The notes under the pieces: model-generated
What the model was told of the DNA's origin: nothing
What the model saw: the letters and a program-made list of their open reading frames with translations, nothing else
Databases searched by the model: none
Origin: Marsupella aquatica
Taxonomy: Eukaryota; Plantae; Marchantiophyta
Reading direction: 5' to 3'
NCBI GenBank assembly: GCA_973895155.1
Contig: OZ316898.1
Span: forward strand, 3,534,480 to 3,598,479
Length of the DNA stretch: 64,000 nucleotides
Translations under genes and position numbers: made by a program
Shown here: positions 36,985 to 50,000 of the stretch, piece after piece
How positions within the stretch are numbered: position 1 is the stretch's first letter
Layout: each line of letters begins with the position of its first letter

Positions 36985-39900
36985 TTATCTCATCGAATCA
37001 TTCATCCAGCTAGCGAGGTCGTTCACTAAGTTGTCAATGTCTTCAGTCACCTGGGAGCGAGTCTTCATGTTCCTGGCTTCCGGAAATTCAGGAAAGGATT
37101 GCCCCATCTCCTTGGCCACATTTGCAAACGGTGTATTGGCGGCAAATGCTCCCAAATTACCGAGGAGCTCTGAACCTCTTGCAAACGCATCAATCATCCC
37201 TGGTGGAACTTCAGGTAAAACCTGCACAAAAACCATCATCGTGAGCGTTAATCTCACAGTTACTGGACATCAATGCGATGATTTCGTCAATATCAACGAT
37301 TCTCGTAACTTTAATCTACTTGCTAGTTAGTCTCCTTTATGGCCTTTCGGTAAGATTATCATAACTTTAATCTTCTTGCTAGTTAGTCTCCTTTACGGTC
37401 TTTCGGTAAGATTGTACACTGTTGGTCCCATCGCCCCGTTGGATGCCCGTAGACATTATATTTATTCACTAATCTAATCCAGAATAAGGTTATACCCTTT
37501 CAGGATGCTTAAAAGCTGACTCGGAAACTTGGTCTGATCGGAATGCCTACCGTTCTATGCCAGACTTTACCGTCTACAGACTTCTGAAAGCAATCGTGAG
37601 CAGTAATACCACTGTCATTCCAACCACAGATATCGTCACTTTGGAAATATTTCTAAGCATGGAAACCATTATACCTGCTGCAAAGGGCGAGTGTGATCTC
37701 CTGGAAGAGTTCGAACAGACATATTCAGGTAACCACTGACAGTTGAGTCAAAACTCAGCATACGCGCAAGATCTGGGGTCTCATCAATTGTATCATCTCT
37801 GAACTTTACGAGGAGATTTCGACCAACACCGTAATACGACTTCACCTGAAAAGGAACAGATACAATTGATTGATTCCTCGAAAAAGACTTCAAGCATCAG
37901 GAGCTTCGGACTAATTTTCAAAGAAAGGATCCGGAAAGGATCTGCATCGGCATATTAACCCAAAACGTCCCTTCCATTGCAGTAGGAATAAGTAGCAACC
38001 AACGAGAAAGTACACACCAACTTGGATGTCTCCTCAGGCGTGGGTGTGAATTTGTCTTTGCCACTAGCAAGATCTGTATAAAGAGGTGGAAGCTGCTCCA
38101 CCAACGGCAGAATCTGCTTGACCAAAGGTGGGCTCAAGCTTTGAAGTTGTTTAAGTGCGAAATCAGCCTGTAAGGCATGGAAAACAACAAGGTCAAATAT
38201 AAACCTACAAATCAAATCTAGTGTTCGTTGGTTGTGCAACTTTGACCATTTGTACTCCCAATTGGATTTCACAACAAATGTGCGAATCGTGAACGCTTCA
38301 ATCATCCTCGTAAAGTGAGATATTCAGGGAAGGCAACGGTAAGGAGATACAATCAATCAACCAACAAAACTAGAGGATTGGGGCGGGGGGTTGCCAGGCC
38401 CGGACGCTCTTGATGTGCTTTCCTTTTCCTGATCCAGGCCACTCACCTCCCGCCTGAGGACGAAACATGACGACCCTGGAACAAACCTCTCTGTACTACA
38501 ACTGAGACACAATGTACATCTTCAGTAAAGAAGTGCAGCATTCGATTACCCCGAGCCGAATAGCTGGCGACGTAGTGAGTTGAGCAATGAGTGGTGCAAA
38601 GTTTTGTGCCATCGGAATGATTACGGGTGAGAAGAGCGGGATTGCCTTGGACGCCTCCTGCATTGATAAATGGACTTCTCAAAAACCCTCAAAGTTCTCT
38701 CCTTTTCTTTATATCTATTTCAAAATTTTCCACTCAATCGAAACAGAAAAAACGGTAGATCTAGGTACAGTCTTGAAACCTTTGTTTTGTTGGACGGACG
38801 AATGATATTCCTCTGCCTCAAAACTTTACTCACCATAAACTTCCCTTTCATGTTTAAAAATAAAACAAGTATGCCTCAGTTCAGCTTTCCAGCTAAGCAA
38901 TGTGTCAGCAAAAACTCGTCCTATTTCAGCACACTGCCGTTTCTACTTGATACACTTATGTATTGTGATGTAAATACGAACCTTGTTATTGAAAGACATC
39001 AGAATATTGCCTTGCCGTTGCACGGCATACCGTGCTCCTGTCAATCCAAGTAATGCACAGATGTCATTACTTGCAGAATTGAACAGTTCCAGAACACTTC
39101 AATGCATAACGAAGGAGCCCGCAAAAGGCTCAACTTCAAGACCCAAATGAAATAAAATTCAACAACACAGAGGTTGTGAAAAATGCTAGAAAGATTCAAT
39201 GCAATCAGAACTGGACATCTTCAAAAGAGTCGCCTGCACATGCATCTTAGTGTTCAGAAAGACGTACACTAACAGGTGGTTGAGATGACTTACCCACCAA
39301 CAACAAAGCCAAGGAGCCAAAAGAGTGACCAACTCCAAAAACTGGTAATGACTCCACCTTTTAACAAACAACATAGTTAGCCTCCTCGGTTGCCATCTGC
39401 CAAGCTAACTCCTCAAGTACAGCAGCAGAATCTGTGAAAAAGTATGAGCAGAGAGAAGAATCGAACGAGACAGTGAGTGCTTGAATATTTGAAAGATGCT
39501 CAGATGAAAAAAGTGATTGAATTAATGAGTAGCCGGTACAAGATTCCTACTCATGATTCATGAATTTGAGTAGGCAGATTTATTTCCCCCAAAGTCTTGG
39601 CCCCTAAACGTCTACTCTGAAATATCTTTGGATAAAAGAAATGGAAATAAATAAAAGCCACGCCAAGAATTCACCAAGTCATCCCGAATACTCCGCATAC
39701 AGCGATCAAACTTAAACTGGACCTCATCGGCAATCCGAAGGTGATCAAAGCCACTTGCGAATGGTGTAGCCACAACAAGGAAACCCCTGTACAAACGATA
39801 TGAAAATCACGATTATAATACTTCAAAGGCTTTGGATCCTTCCATCAGATATGGCAAAGAGGCAATACCGTGCTGGGAGCAAATGACATTTGGAAGTGGT

Positions 39901-41568
39901 GACTACAGTTGCATCCTCTACCTTTCACTTAGTCGCTCTAAAAAGAGGCGATAGGTAAGCTGCGGAGTGGCTCCTACAAAGACACCTCCGACAAAGTGCA
40001 CCACTGCACGCGGTTGGATCTTACTAGGACGAAGAACCCAAACTCCCTGCGGCAATCGAAGTAAATATTAAAGCAGAAACCTTTGTCTATCAAAATATAG
40101 ACAACTGAGCGAACACACACAAGTTGGCACACGAAGTAGCTTCCAACCTAATTCCAAAACCACTTGGCGCGTAATATTCAATTCCGAGAGATTCTAAAAC
40201 GACATCTTCAGCACTACTGAGACTGTATAAATGATAAATTCTCACAAAACAGCTTTTGTCTAACTGACTGGCACCTGATAATCTTCCCACCGCCCTGCAT
40301 CCCCAGCAGTACCCTGCGTCCTCCTAGCTGTATCGGAAATCACCCTTCAGCACCCCAAGTAATTCAGATACTTAGTCCTCCTTTCTCGATTACCATTTCG
40401 TAACAAAAGCCGAGCCCAGACTTGAACGAAAGCATAAACGAAAACGGTCCTTGACACATTCGGCCACAGGGAAACGCAATCCTGTTTACTCTGACTACTG
40501 CAGTTGGTAGAACGGCTTCCAGAAACATCTCTAGCCCTGGAAAGCTTCAAACATCCATTAGGTTATGGAAATAAAAACGATCATGGTGCTCTCTGAAGCA
40601 GACTCTCCCTAGCACCACAAAAAGATCCCAACACAACGTGAAGGAATGTTTCGTTATTCGTTAGTATGCGAGACCCCTCATTACTATGGCTAGTTGCTAT
40701 GAACCCTTCCAGAAAAGGAGACTTGAAAGGATTCCCTTCTACATCTACAGCTCTAGACCGCTTCAGACGATGCTTTCTGCGATGATAAAATGAAAAGTAT
40801 GCTGTGCGGCATAGACTCTGGCTGATTATCACAAAACCAGCTGATCGTCTCACATCATGAAGGTATGATTATTTATTCATTGAAATTCGAGTCCCCTCAA
40901 AGAGCAACCATTACTCCACAATTACAATTTTGGGTGGATCGTGATTGCTCTTGGAGGGTACCCAAATTTGACGTAGTGGGCCTTGCTAAACCCTTAGAAG
41001 TACCAAGTTCTGTGAGCATGTAAATTCACCTCCTAAACGAGAATATCCTTGAAAATGATGACATCCATCAAATCAACTGATCAAAGTCGTGTACAACTAA
41101 AAATTCACACCGGTAGTAGTGCGGTCACGCTTTTATTACAGTATCAACGACTTCATTCAATCATTGCGAAATTCGATATGCTGGAGGGCATGAATCAGGT
41201 AGAAAAATTCACCTTTCGATTTTACCGTAAAGCTGGACACTTTGATCCTTTTCTCTGTCGTCCATATCGCTAGTGAAGTTGGATTTGGGGGCTTGGGAAC
41301 GAACAACGACGCCATGCTCTGCAATCCGAGCAGGAGCATTCTGAAAAAGTCTCCTCCTCAGAATCGTCGTCGTTCCCAGTGCTCCAGAATCTAGTTGTCT
41401 CCTTCTAACGCAAAGTAAACTTCGAGCCTGTTGTGGATCCCAAACTCCAAAAGACACCCATGAGCTAGTACGATTACTACTACTAGCAGTACAGCTACCA
41501 ACGTGATGTCTGCAGTTCAAACTCGTTCCTCCAATTTTGGAAATTGGAGGATTTACAACCAGAAGCAT
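36985..41568 (-). CDS. DUF1350 family alpha/beta-hydrolase-fold protein, probably plastid-targeted, ~482 aa
   Basis: Exons 41568-41213, 40344-40275, 40046-39922, 39786-39675, 39357-39294, 39037-38982, 38657-38550, 38167-38018, 37845-37675, 37221-36985. Motifs VVHFVGGVFVGATPQLTYRLFLERL, GVGHSFG (nucleophile elbow), SFNN, RNLLVKFRDDTIDET, LPGDH. Confidence 0.9.
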
Positions 41569-42308
41569 GATTATTCAATTTCCCGGGCCACCCTCTCTTT
41601 TGCACTGTCAATCTCTCGCTCTCTTGGTCCACCCCACCCTCCCCTGCAAGACCAGATTCGACGACGGCAGCGAATCTCAGCCAATTTCTCCCTCCCTGCC
41701 CTGCCACAACAACAGGACCATCAAACTCGGCTACGCTCCTTCATCTGTACTGTAAAGGGGAGCTCCGACTCTTCTCAGCGGGCCCTTGATTCAGAAGAAA
41801 GGTACACGCACTGTACAATACACGACAGCACCAGAAAGCCCAACCTTCGTCCAGCAAATCCGGGAGAAGATTCCGCCACACAACCCAGCTGGACCCACTT
41901 TGGCAGACTTCTCACTCAAACAGAGGCTGGAGATTTCTTGACATCTCAAAAATTAGATCCTCTCGGCAGAAGTGCTCACAAGCCGCTTCTAGATTAAACT
42001 CTGGACTTCAACTGGTCCAGTTCTTCTTTTGTACAAGCAGATGGGCGAACACTGCTCTGCTGCCCACAGCTCGCTGGTCTGATGCACAGCAGCAGTATAA
42101 CTTGAGGATGAGTTTATCCACGTCGTGTTCTTTTCGTCTGGCGGTGTCCAATCTTCCATGCTCCATAAACCATGGTCATCATCTACTCTACCTCGTAAGT
42201 GATGTCATCTCAACGGGGAAGAGCAGAGTGAAGAGGACGGAAGCAGGAATGATGAAAGGAATGATGACAAACTACAGGTAGACAGAAGAGTTAATTGGCT
42301 ACTCACCC

Positions 42309-43057
42309 TCAGTAAAACAGAGGGCCACTTGTCCACCATCCCGAATGTTGGGAGGGACAAAAAGACGACTCAAAAGGGGTGAAAACGAGGGAAAAGGATC
42401 TAGAGGCAAGAGACCAACAAAGGGGGAAAAGAGGGGAAGAACCCAAGAAAACTAAGGAGCCAAAGAGCTTGAGATATATATCAAAGTGCCAGAAGGCAAA
42501 TATGCGTACAGAGGGCCCCAATTTTTTTGAAAGAGGCCCAATAAAGGAGGGAAAAGAAGGGAAAAGGCCGCAAGAAGTCCAAGGAGGCCGAATTAAACAA
42601 GCAAGCAAGGAGCCCCCCACAACAACAAATGAACAAAGACAAAGCCAAAAACCAATAACTTACAAAGAATACTAACACCCTATTGAGCCAAGAACTGAAA
42701 AGCCTAGTAGAACTTCGGAGTAAACTGCATAGGAGGATCCCGGAGAGGGATCTGAGTAGAGGCCCTAAAACCAATTGCCCCGGCCCTACAAATGAGAGTG
42801 AAGGCCTAGGCCCTTTGAAGTACAACAGACATCCTCTATCAAAAGAAAATTGGGATGACAGATACAAAGGGGAAAGGCCTTTGCTCAGTATAAAAAATTG
42901 CATAGACTCAAAGGACCTGGTCAAAGGTAGGGTGGAGAGCACCTTAAACCTTGAGTGCAAAAGGGTATAAGAGATCCCCCCAGGTAGCGAACTGCATACT
43001 AGGCTTCCTCCTTGAGCCGAGCTGCCTTGGCTGCAGCATGTCTAGGCACATGGGCAG
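42309..43057 (-). mobile_element. CRE-like retrotransposon 3' remnant (copy 2)
   Basis: Reverse complement GCAGCTCGGCTCAAGGAGGAAGCC...CTACCTGGGGGATCTCTTATACCCTTTTGC aligns with 29660-29760; 3' UTR aligns with 61400-61740. Confidence 0.65.
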
Positions 43058-43437
43058 TGTTAGGCATATACTCTTAGGTCTAGGGTTGCGATTGTAACCG
43101 AGATTGTAACCGAGATTGTAACCATACTTAGGGCTGACCTTAGTTGCATACTAGGTTAGGTTAACTAGATTGCACACTATCTCCCAAATGGTATTTGCTT
43201 GGATAGGAAGAACTCAAACTCATTATTACAAAGCTAGTTGAGAGATAGTGAGATCTTGTACTGCGGAGACTTAGTATGGCCGACGGGCCTAGACTGCAGT
43301 GAAGCTCTCGTGTGTTCTGTGGACATAGTCTCAGTTGAGGTGTACCACGTGTCTCTCTGTGTTAACCAACTACTTGTATATTGGATGGTCATGGGCTTAC
43401 TCTTGTGGATGTCATCTTTGCTCAACAATTGGTATCA
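43058..43437 (+). mobile_element. Copia 5' LTR (TG...CA, 43058-43427) with tRNA-Met PBS remnant
   Basis: Ends CTCAACA followed by ATTGGTATCA; 3' half homologous to the LTRs at 43883 and 60864; left boundary approximate. Confidence 0.65.
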
Positions 43438-43882
43438 CAACATGCCTGGGAGGTGATGAGGTTTTTTTGTGATGGTTTTTTTCAGCGTTCAGTGTTGGTG
43501 GTTTATTCGGAGTTTTCCTTAAAGGGTGATTTTTATAAAATATAATATAAACCCAGAAAAGCCCCACGGGAAGGGGCGAGGGAAGGGGAACGCAAGCAGC
43601 ACAAAGTCCAAGCACACAGGCACAACGCCTCCAAGGCGGACAGAAATGAGGAGATCCCAAACAATAACCCCATGCAGGCCAATCATAGCCTCAAAGGAAC
43701 AAGGTCAAAAAGACCCATCAAACCCAAAGCCCCTAACACACCAACGATTCAAAGGGGGAGAGGAGCCAAAAACTAACCTCCCCAAAAGGCCCCCAGAATC
43801 CTACAATCCGCAAACCCTACCCCAGAGCAGAACAGGGAGCAGAACCCAGCAGACAAATCCATTACCAACAACTAGTGAATCA

Positions 43883-44214
43883 TGTTAAGGATTGTTCTTA
43901 GTCTTGTGACTCATAGGTTACGGCACTTAGGCTAACCACAGCTAGGATCTTAGTTGAAGTTAGGTTAGTCATGTGTGACCTTGTATATACCAGGGCTAGT
44001 GTAAGCCGCTGGTGTGTGGTGCTTACTCATTGTAACGGAGCAACTTGAGGAAGATGGAGAGCATGTGTGTTTGTCTACTCTTGAAGTAAAGCTTGAGTGT
44101 TCGTGTGGACGTAGCCTTGGAGAAGAAGTGAACCACGTAGAGATTGTGTCAACTATGTGTGCATGGAATGAGTAATGATTGGATCATCATGAAGGAAAAT
44201 GTCATAGTTCAACA
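43883..44214 (+). mobile_element. Solo LTR
   Basis: TGTTAAG...TTCAACA flanked by perfect 5-bp TSD AATCA (43878-43882, 44215-44219); homologous to 60864-61207. Confidence 0.85.
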
Positions 44215-44736
44215 AATCAAGGACAACCAATTGAGCTATCCTAGCTTCTAACTAAACTACTAACTACTCTCTGAAGAATCAGGAGAGGCAATCCTTTCTC
44301 GAATCACCATGCGAACACACACATAAAGTAAAAACCCATTGAAGATCAAAAGATTTCAGCACAGCGAAAAAATCCTCCTCCTCTACGACCTGTCCAAGTC
44401 CTTTTAATTCCCGTGATACATACTTGAGCCCTCATAAGTCGATTATGTCTTCTACTAGGTGCAGTACAAAGAGCAATTGAAAGCAAGTGATCACAAGTCT
44501 CTGATAAAATGAATCTTAAATCAAATTCTCTGCTACCATTTTTTGAGAACATCTGATGATTCCTTCCCAACCAAAGATGCCAACGTTGGCCTCGTTTTTG
44601 CCTTGGATGGTGGGTTGTTGGCATCGGTTCTCCTGCTCCCAGTTTTGACACAAGCCGGTTTGGTTGCTGCACCAGTCGCGGCCCTCCCTTTGGGCAGTGT
44701 GCGGCATCGGCCTGTGGTTTTGGTTGGGGCTGGTTT

Positions 44737-46356
44737 GTTAGATTTCAGATGTTTGATGGTGTTGTGAGAACGGTGAGGAATGTGAGATATATTCCCAGCA
44801 TATGAAAAATCTTATTTCACTTGGAGTTTTAGAAGCAAATGGCCATCAGTGGAGTTCTGCTAATGGTGTCCTTCAGGTTTCAACTGGTACTAAAGTTGTA
44901 TTGAAGGGAAAGAGATATAACAATCTATACGTTTTGGAGGGCAGTGTAGTTTGTGATGAAGCCAATGTAACCTTATCTCATGAGGAGACGGCCCGGCTGT
45001 GGCACTTCCGTTTGGGCCACATGAGTGAAAAAGGTTTGGCTATTCTTCAGAAGAAATGATTACTTTCTAATTTGCAATCTTGTAAGTTGGAATTTTGTGA
45101 GCACTGTGTGCTTGGGAAGCAGCACAGGAAACCCTTTGGAGTTGGAACTCACACCAGCAAGGAGGTACTTGAGTATGTACATAGTGATGTGTGGGGTCCA
45201 GCCCCTACTCCCTCACATTCTGGACGGTTATACTATGTCACGTTCATAGACGATTACTCAAGGTATGTGTGGATATACTTTCTACATAGTAAGTCTGATG
45301 TTTTTGCCACTTTTAAGGAGTGGAAAGCCCAAGTTGAGAATCAGACTGGTAATAAGGTAAGATATCTACGATCAAATAACGGCGGTGAATACAGTTCTGG
45401 TGAATTTGGAACGTATTGTAAGGAGCAGGGGATTACCCGCCATCTCACAACAAGTTATACTCCTCAGCAGAATGGTGTTTCTGAGAGACTCAACCGAACA
45501 CTATTGGACCGCTCGAGGAGTATGTTGAGTCAATCATGCTTACCATATGAGTTTTGGGCTGAAGTTGTCAACACTACAGCTTATTTGGTAAATTTTTCTC
45601 CATCCAGTTCTATTGGATTCAAGACGCCATTTGAAATGAGGTACGAGCAGATTACTCACATCTGAGGATTTTTGGATGTGATGCTTATGTGCTTACACCT
45701 TCCCAGCTTCGATCCAAGCTGGAATCCAAGTCAAAGAAGTGCATTTTCCTTGACTATCAGAAAGGTGTCAAGGGTTATAGGTTATGGGATCCAGTAACCT
45801 GTAAGCTAATTGTCAGTAGAGATGTGTCCTTTAATGAGTCCGGATCATCAAAGGAGGGGGAGAGTTCTCAGGACTCCCATACTGACAAGGAGAAATCTCC
45901 CATCCCGGACCGGGTTGAGGGGGAGATTAGTCATGATGCTGTTCATGACAGGAGAGATGGAGAAGCTCCGAGCTTGGAGCTGGTTTCTGTGATGGAACAA
46001 GAGGAGCAGATTGTTGTTGGGGTACCTCAAATTCAACCAGCAGCAGCAGCAGATCAGCCTGAGTCATCTACTAGAAGAACTTCCAATCGTTCTACTAGAG
46101 CTCCTACCAGGTATGGTCAATGGGCAGACTCATCTAAGCTAGATGATATTGACATTGCACCTGATGATGATGACATGGCTTTGATCTTGGAAGAAGGAGA
46201 GCCTTCTTCGTACAGTGAGGCTTGTGCTTCAGAGCAGAAGCATGAGTGGAATGCAACAATGCAGAGGGAGTTGCAATCTTTGAGTGACAACAAGACATGG
46301 GAGCTGGTGGAGTTTCCAAGAGGTCAGCAAGTGATGGACAGCAAGTGGATTTACAA
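44737..46356 (+). pseudogene. Ty1/copia pol, 5' part (end of protease region, GAG-pre-integrase, integrase, start of RT), disrupted
   Basis: MFDGVVRT..VRYIP..KNLISLG, LWHFRLGHMSE, CEHCVLGKQ, VHSDVWGP, YYVTFIDDYSR, TPQQNGVSERLNRTL, GYRLWDP, NKTWELV, SKWIY; stop at 45057 and frameshifts. Confidence 0.95.
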
Positions 46357-47099
46357 CACTAGAAGAAAACAGGGCCCTTTATGACCAATCACCCAATGAC
46401 GGAAATGAATCAATGACCAAAATTTCTAATGACACAAAAAGAATGACGGGAGAATGACTGTCCACAATGACCAATAAACTGAAATGACAAAATGATAACT
46501 TTTGCGTCATTTTGTATAATGTCTGTAATGACTGATGTGACCAAAATGACACAATTTTCCTAAAATGGTCAATTTAGACACATGTCCTAAATGACACAAT
46601 AAATAACAACAATGATAAATCAGTGTTTAGCACCATTATAGTCACTTTGGACAATGATTGAAATGACCAAAAATCTATTTGGGTCATTTTGGACAACGGT
46701 GATAAATGACAAAAATGTATTCCCGTCATTTTAACCAACGGTGTTAAATGACAAAATCTAGGGTCAATCTCAAAATAAGAATATATCAGTGTTTACAACA
46801 ACATACCGTCATTATGGATTTCTCTCATAAATGAATAACTCTAGGGTCAATCTTGAAATTAGGATATATATATCAGTGTTTACAACAACATACTGTCATT
46901 ATGGACTTGTCACATAAATGACTAAATATAGGGTCAATATAAAAATCACGATATATTAATGGTTACAATAACATACAGTCATTATGGACTTATTGCATAA
47001 ATGATTACTTATAGAGTCATTAAAGAACCCAAGAGATATCAAGATTAAAATACTCAATAGTCATTCCAGACACCGGTCATAATTGTAGTCATTGAAGAA

Positions 47100-50000
47100 T
47101 GCCAATGACTACAATAAGGGTAATGTCAGTGGTCATATTAGAGGTCATTTTGACCAAATGACTATATAAGTTGTCATTCAAGACACCCTCATGGTGTCAT
47201 TATGGACCAGCATAAATGACCATTTTGGTCTACGAGCTTAAGGTGGGCTCGAGTGTGTCATGGGCCTTACATAGAGGGTCAAAAGCAAGCTAGAGGGGTA
47301 CCAAAGGAGTCCCCAAGGACTAGCTCAAAAAGGAGAGTGAAAGGAGTATAAATGTCATTAAGATTTAGCTGAGCACACTCCCAAAAAGGTTGGGCACACT
47401 TCCAAAAAGATTGTGCACACTTCCAAAAAGATTGGGCACTCTTCTTAAATTCCGAAATATGTGGACACACTTCCAAAGATTTGGCATGCAAGATCTTACC
47501 TTTCAATCTCACCAAAACAATCCTGGCCATTCCATGTAACATTTTGGTCTTTTTGTCCTCTAGTGATTGCTTTTACCAAGGACCTATGTCCTTTTGGTGG
47601 AGAAAATGGAGATCCTTTCAGTACCCCTCTAGCTTGCTTTTGACCAAAGGTGAGAACCCCTCCACTTGGTGCGGGACACTATACTCATCATTGTCCAACC
47701 ACTAGTTGCGGCATTAGCAATTTGAACACATGTCTTTGCATTTACTTAAGGCATGATGCACCTTTGGGGAAATCACTCCCAAGTCGTACGACTTTGGAGT
47801 GATTTGCCAAAAGTGTCACCATGGATGTATACCATCACATCCAAAGGCAAATAAAAGTTGTTTTTGGGTTCTCCAAGAGGTAGTGCTGCACCAATGGAAT
47901 GGGCAGGGGAGTCGTGCTTCTCTGTATGGTGTGGGTGCGGGTTTAGGGAAGAGGAATATTCCATTTTTGCAAGGAATCTAAAGCGGGATCTCTTTGGAGG
48001 TACTAGGGCCTTTATTGGGTCATATGTGAGCAATGGATCGTCATAAATGCCAATGACTACAAGTAGGGTCATTAAAACTGTCATATGGGAAGTCATATAA
48101 GTCTAATGACTATAGTTGTGGTCATTTGAGGGGTCCCTTGTGTAGTCATTAAGCAAAAGCACAAATGATCAGTTTGGGGCTAGGGGCTGGAGGTGGGCCC
48201 TAGAGTGCCATGTGGCCCCACATAGAGGTGAGAACCCCTCCACTGCGTGCGGGACACTATACTCATCATTGTCCAACCACTAGTTGCGACATAAACACTT
48301 TGGACACATATTTTTGTATTTACTTAAGGCATGATGCACCTTTGGGGAAATCACTCCCAAGTCGTACGACTTTGGAGTGATTTGCCAAAAGTGTCACCAT
48401 GGATGCATACCACCGTTCCAAATGCAAATGAAGCCCTTTTTGTCTCTCCAAGAGGTAGCGCAACACCAATGGAATGGGCGTGGCAGTGGTGCTTCCCTCT
48501 ATGATGTGTCTGATGTTTAAAGGTATACGAATATTCCATTTTTGCAAGGAATGTAGAGCGGGCTCTCTCTGGCGGTACTAGGACCTTCATTGGGTCATTT
48601 TTTAACAAAGTCATGTCATAAGTGCCAATGACCACAAGTAGGGTCATTGAAATGGTCATATGGGATGTCATATAATTCAAATGACTGGACTTGTTGTCAT
48701 TTGAGGGGTCTCTAGTGCAGTCATTGAAGACAAGCATGAATGACCAATTTGGAGCTAAGGGCTGGAGGTGGGCCCTAGAGTGCCATGTGGCCCCACATAG
48801 AGCTCGCAACCCCTCCACTAGGTGTCAAATACTATATTTACTATTCTCCAACCACTAGTTGCACTATTAGCAGTTTGGAGCCATGTTTTTGTGTTTACTT
48901 AAGGGATGATATAATCTTGGGGAAGTTTGGAGTGATTTGCCAAAAGTGTCACCATTGATGCATACCATCCTATCTAAAAGGAAATGAAGCCATTTTTTTG
49001 TCTCTGGAAGAAGTAGTGCAAGGCTGTCGTCCTTCCATGTAATTGTGTCATGTTTGTGCCGGTGTTTGGATGGGGAATATTCTATTTTGCAAATGAATAG
49101 TGACGGGGCACTCAAGGAGGTAGTGTAATCTTCATTGAGTCATTTCTGAAAAAATTGGTGTCATAAATACCAATGACTACAAGTAGGGTCATTAAATCTG
49201 TCATATGGGCTGTCACATAAGTCAAATGACTAGATTTTTGGTCATTTGAGTGGTCCCTTGTGCAGTCATTAAGCAGAAGCACAAATGACCAGTTTGGGGC
49301 TAGGGGCTGGAGGTGGGCCCTAGAGTGCCATGGGGCCCCACATAGAGCTGAGAACCCCTCCACTAGGTGCGGGACACTATACTCATCATTGTCCAACCAC
49401 TAGTTGTGCCATGAACACTTTGGACACATGTTTTTGCATTTACTTAAGGCATGATGCACCTTTGGGGAAATCACTCCCAAGTCATACGACTTCGGAGTGA
49501 TTTGCTAAAAGTGTCTCCATGGATGCATACCATCGGTGCCGAAGGCAAATGAAGCCCTTTTTTGTCTCTCCAAGAAGTAGTGCAACACCAATTATGGAAG
49601 GTTGTCATCCTGTGATATAATTGTGTCATGTTGGTGCCGGTGTTTGGATGGGGAATACTCCATTTTGCATATGAATAGTGTCGGGGCATTGTGAGTAGGT
49701 GTTGTAATCTTCATTGGGTCATTTTGGAGGAATAGTGTGTCATTAATGCCAAAGACTGCAGTAAGGGTCATTTTGGCAGTCATTTTGGAAGTCATTTGTG
49801 CACAATAATTGCATATGGGGTCATTATAGAGGTCCCTCATGGTGTCATTATGGACCATCAGAAATGACCCTTTTGAGTCTAGGAGCTTAAGGTGGCCCTA
49901 GTGTGCCATGGGGCCCTACATGAAGGTGGCAACCTCTCCACTAGGTGCGGGGTACTATACCCACTATTCTCCAACCACTAGTTGCACCATGAACACTTTG

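Noticed and set aside
41503-41997. 164-aa plus-strand ORF upstream of DUF1350
   Set aside because: Non-ATG start, no domain, and overlaps the probable 5' UTR/promoter.
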